Positions 63,353 through 64,000 of a stretch of 64,000 nucleotides of DNA are shown in pieces. The DNA lies in assembly GCF_018977255.1 (NCBI RefSeq), contig NW_024704742.1, positions 25,420,001 to 25,484,000 of the forward strand. The letters run 5' to 3'. The notes beneath the pieces are model-generated. The model was not told where the DNA came from. It saw only the letters and a program-made list of their open reading frames with translations, and did no database searches. The DNA is from Callorhinchus milii (lineage: Eukaryota). A program made the translations under genes and the position numbers. Within the stretch, counting starts at the first letter, position 1. Each line of letters begins with the position of its first letter.

Positions 63353-64000
63353 TAAACAAGCCCAGGTCCCTTCTCGTCGTTGGCTGGGGCTACACTGGGA
63401 GCTGGAGTTGCCTCTTCTTGTCTTATTTTTCGTTGCAGTGACATTTTGTGAGTCATTGCAACAAAGATTACATCAGATTTTGATGGAGATTGTGCCCCTT
63501 TCAAGGATGACATCATTAGTTTAGATCTAGAAGGATGTGGGAAGGACGTGGGATTTCAAACCCAGGTGGATTCTTTTCTAAATGTTACAGATAGTGGTTC
63601 AGAGGTTTAACAAGGTTTGGTCCCAAAGCATAAACTAGTTCATCTTAGAGATCTCATTCATAACGCTGACAATCGATGGTAACGGCATTTCGTTACTCAT
63701 TCAGACAATGCCATTCGCAGTAATAATAATAATAATCCTTGCATTTGATATAGCACGTCGTTGGGACGTCTCAAAGCTCTTCGCAGTATATATTGTCAAG
63801 TGAATCTGATTGTAGCTGTTGCACAGGGTGCGTGCGGTCCAGCCTGTGTGTCCAGTAGCATGTAAGACATTTCATCTGGATTCTAGCTTGATTGGTTGCT
63901 GCTAGATCTTGTCTTGGAAAGGTCAAAGCGAGTGGGTTTTAATCCATAATAATATTGTTCAATTGACCGCTGGTCAAAATTGTCCATGCATCTGACCCTG

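Overview
Vertebrate genomic DNA, most likely a cartilaginous fish (chimaera/shark-like; inferred from the repeat families and protein sequences). It carries the conserved block OTOP1(-, 5' part) - TMEM128(-) - LYAR(-) <> ZBTB49(+) - NSG1(+, 5' part), the order known from human 4p16. I rebuilt the exons by hand from GT-AG sites and reading-frame phase. LYAR is complete (8 coding exons, 373 aa). ZBTB49 is complete (7 coding exons, 801 aa, BTB plus 7 C2H2 fingers). TMEM128 lacks an identifiable first coding exon. OTOP1 and NSG1 are cut by the window edges. The rest is repeat-rich: tRNA-Ala-headed SINEs sharing a 3' hairpin tail with an L2 LINE, older Deu-domain and AmnSINE2-like SINEs, CR1 fragments, a Tigger/pogo fossil, a Dong/R4 fragment in a (TAA)n tract, Helitron-like tandem units, palindromic MITEs, several minisatellites and 5 N-gaps. 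I found no prokaryote-type system or CRISPR array. The most notable observations are a chain of overlapping start-stop uORFs plus a poly-Gly uORF in the ZBTB49 leader, an NF-Y/TEAD-motif VNTR beside the bidirectional promoter, a 3.85-kb composite minisatellite, Helitron-like tandem units, and repeated nesting of SINE tails inside other SINE tails. Repeat-family names come from recalled consensus features, not database searches. Most long ORFs in the supplied track are translations of repeats.
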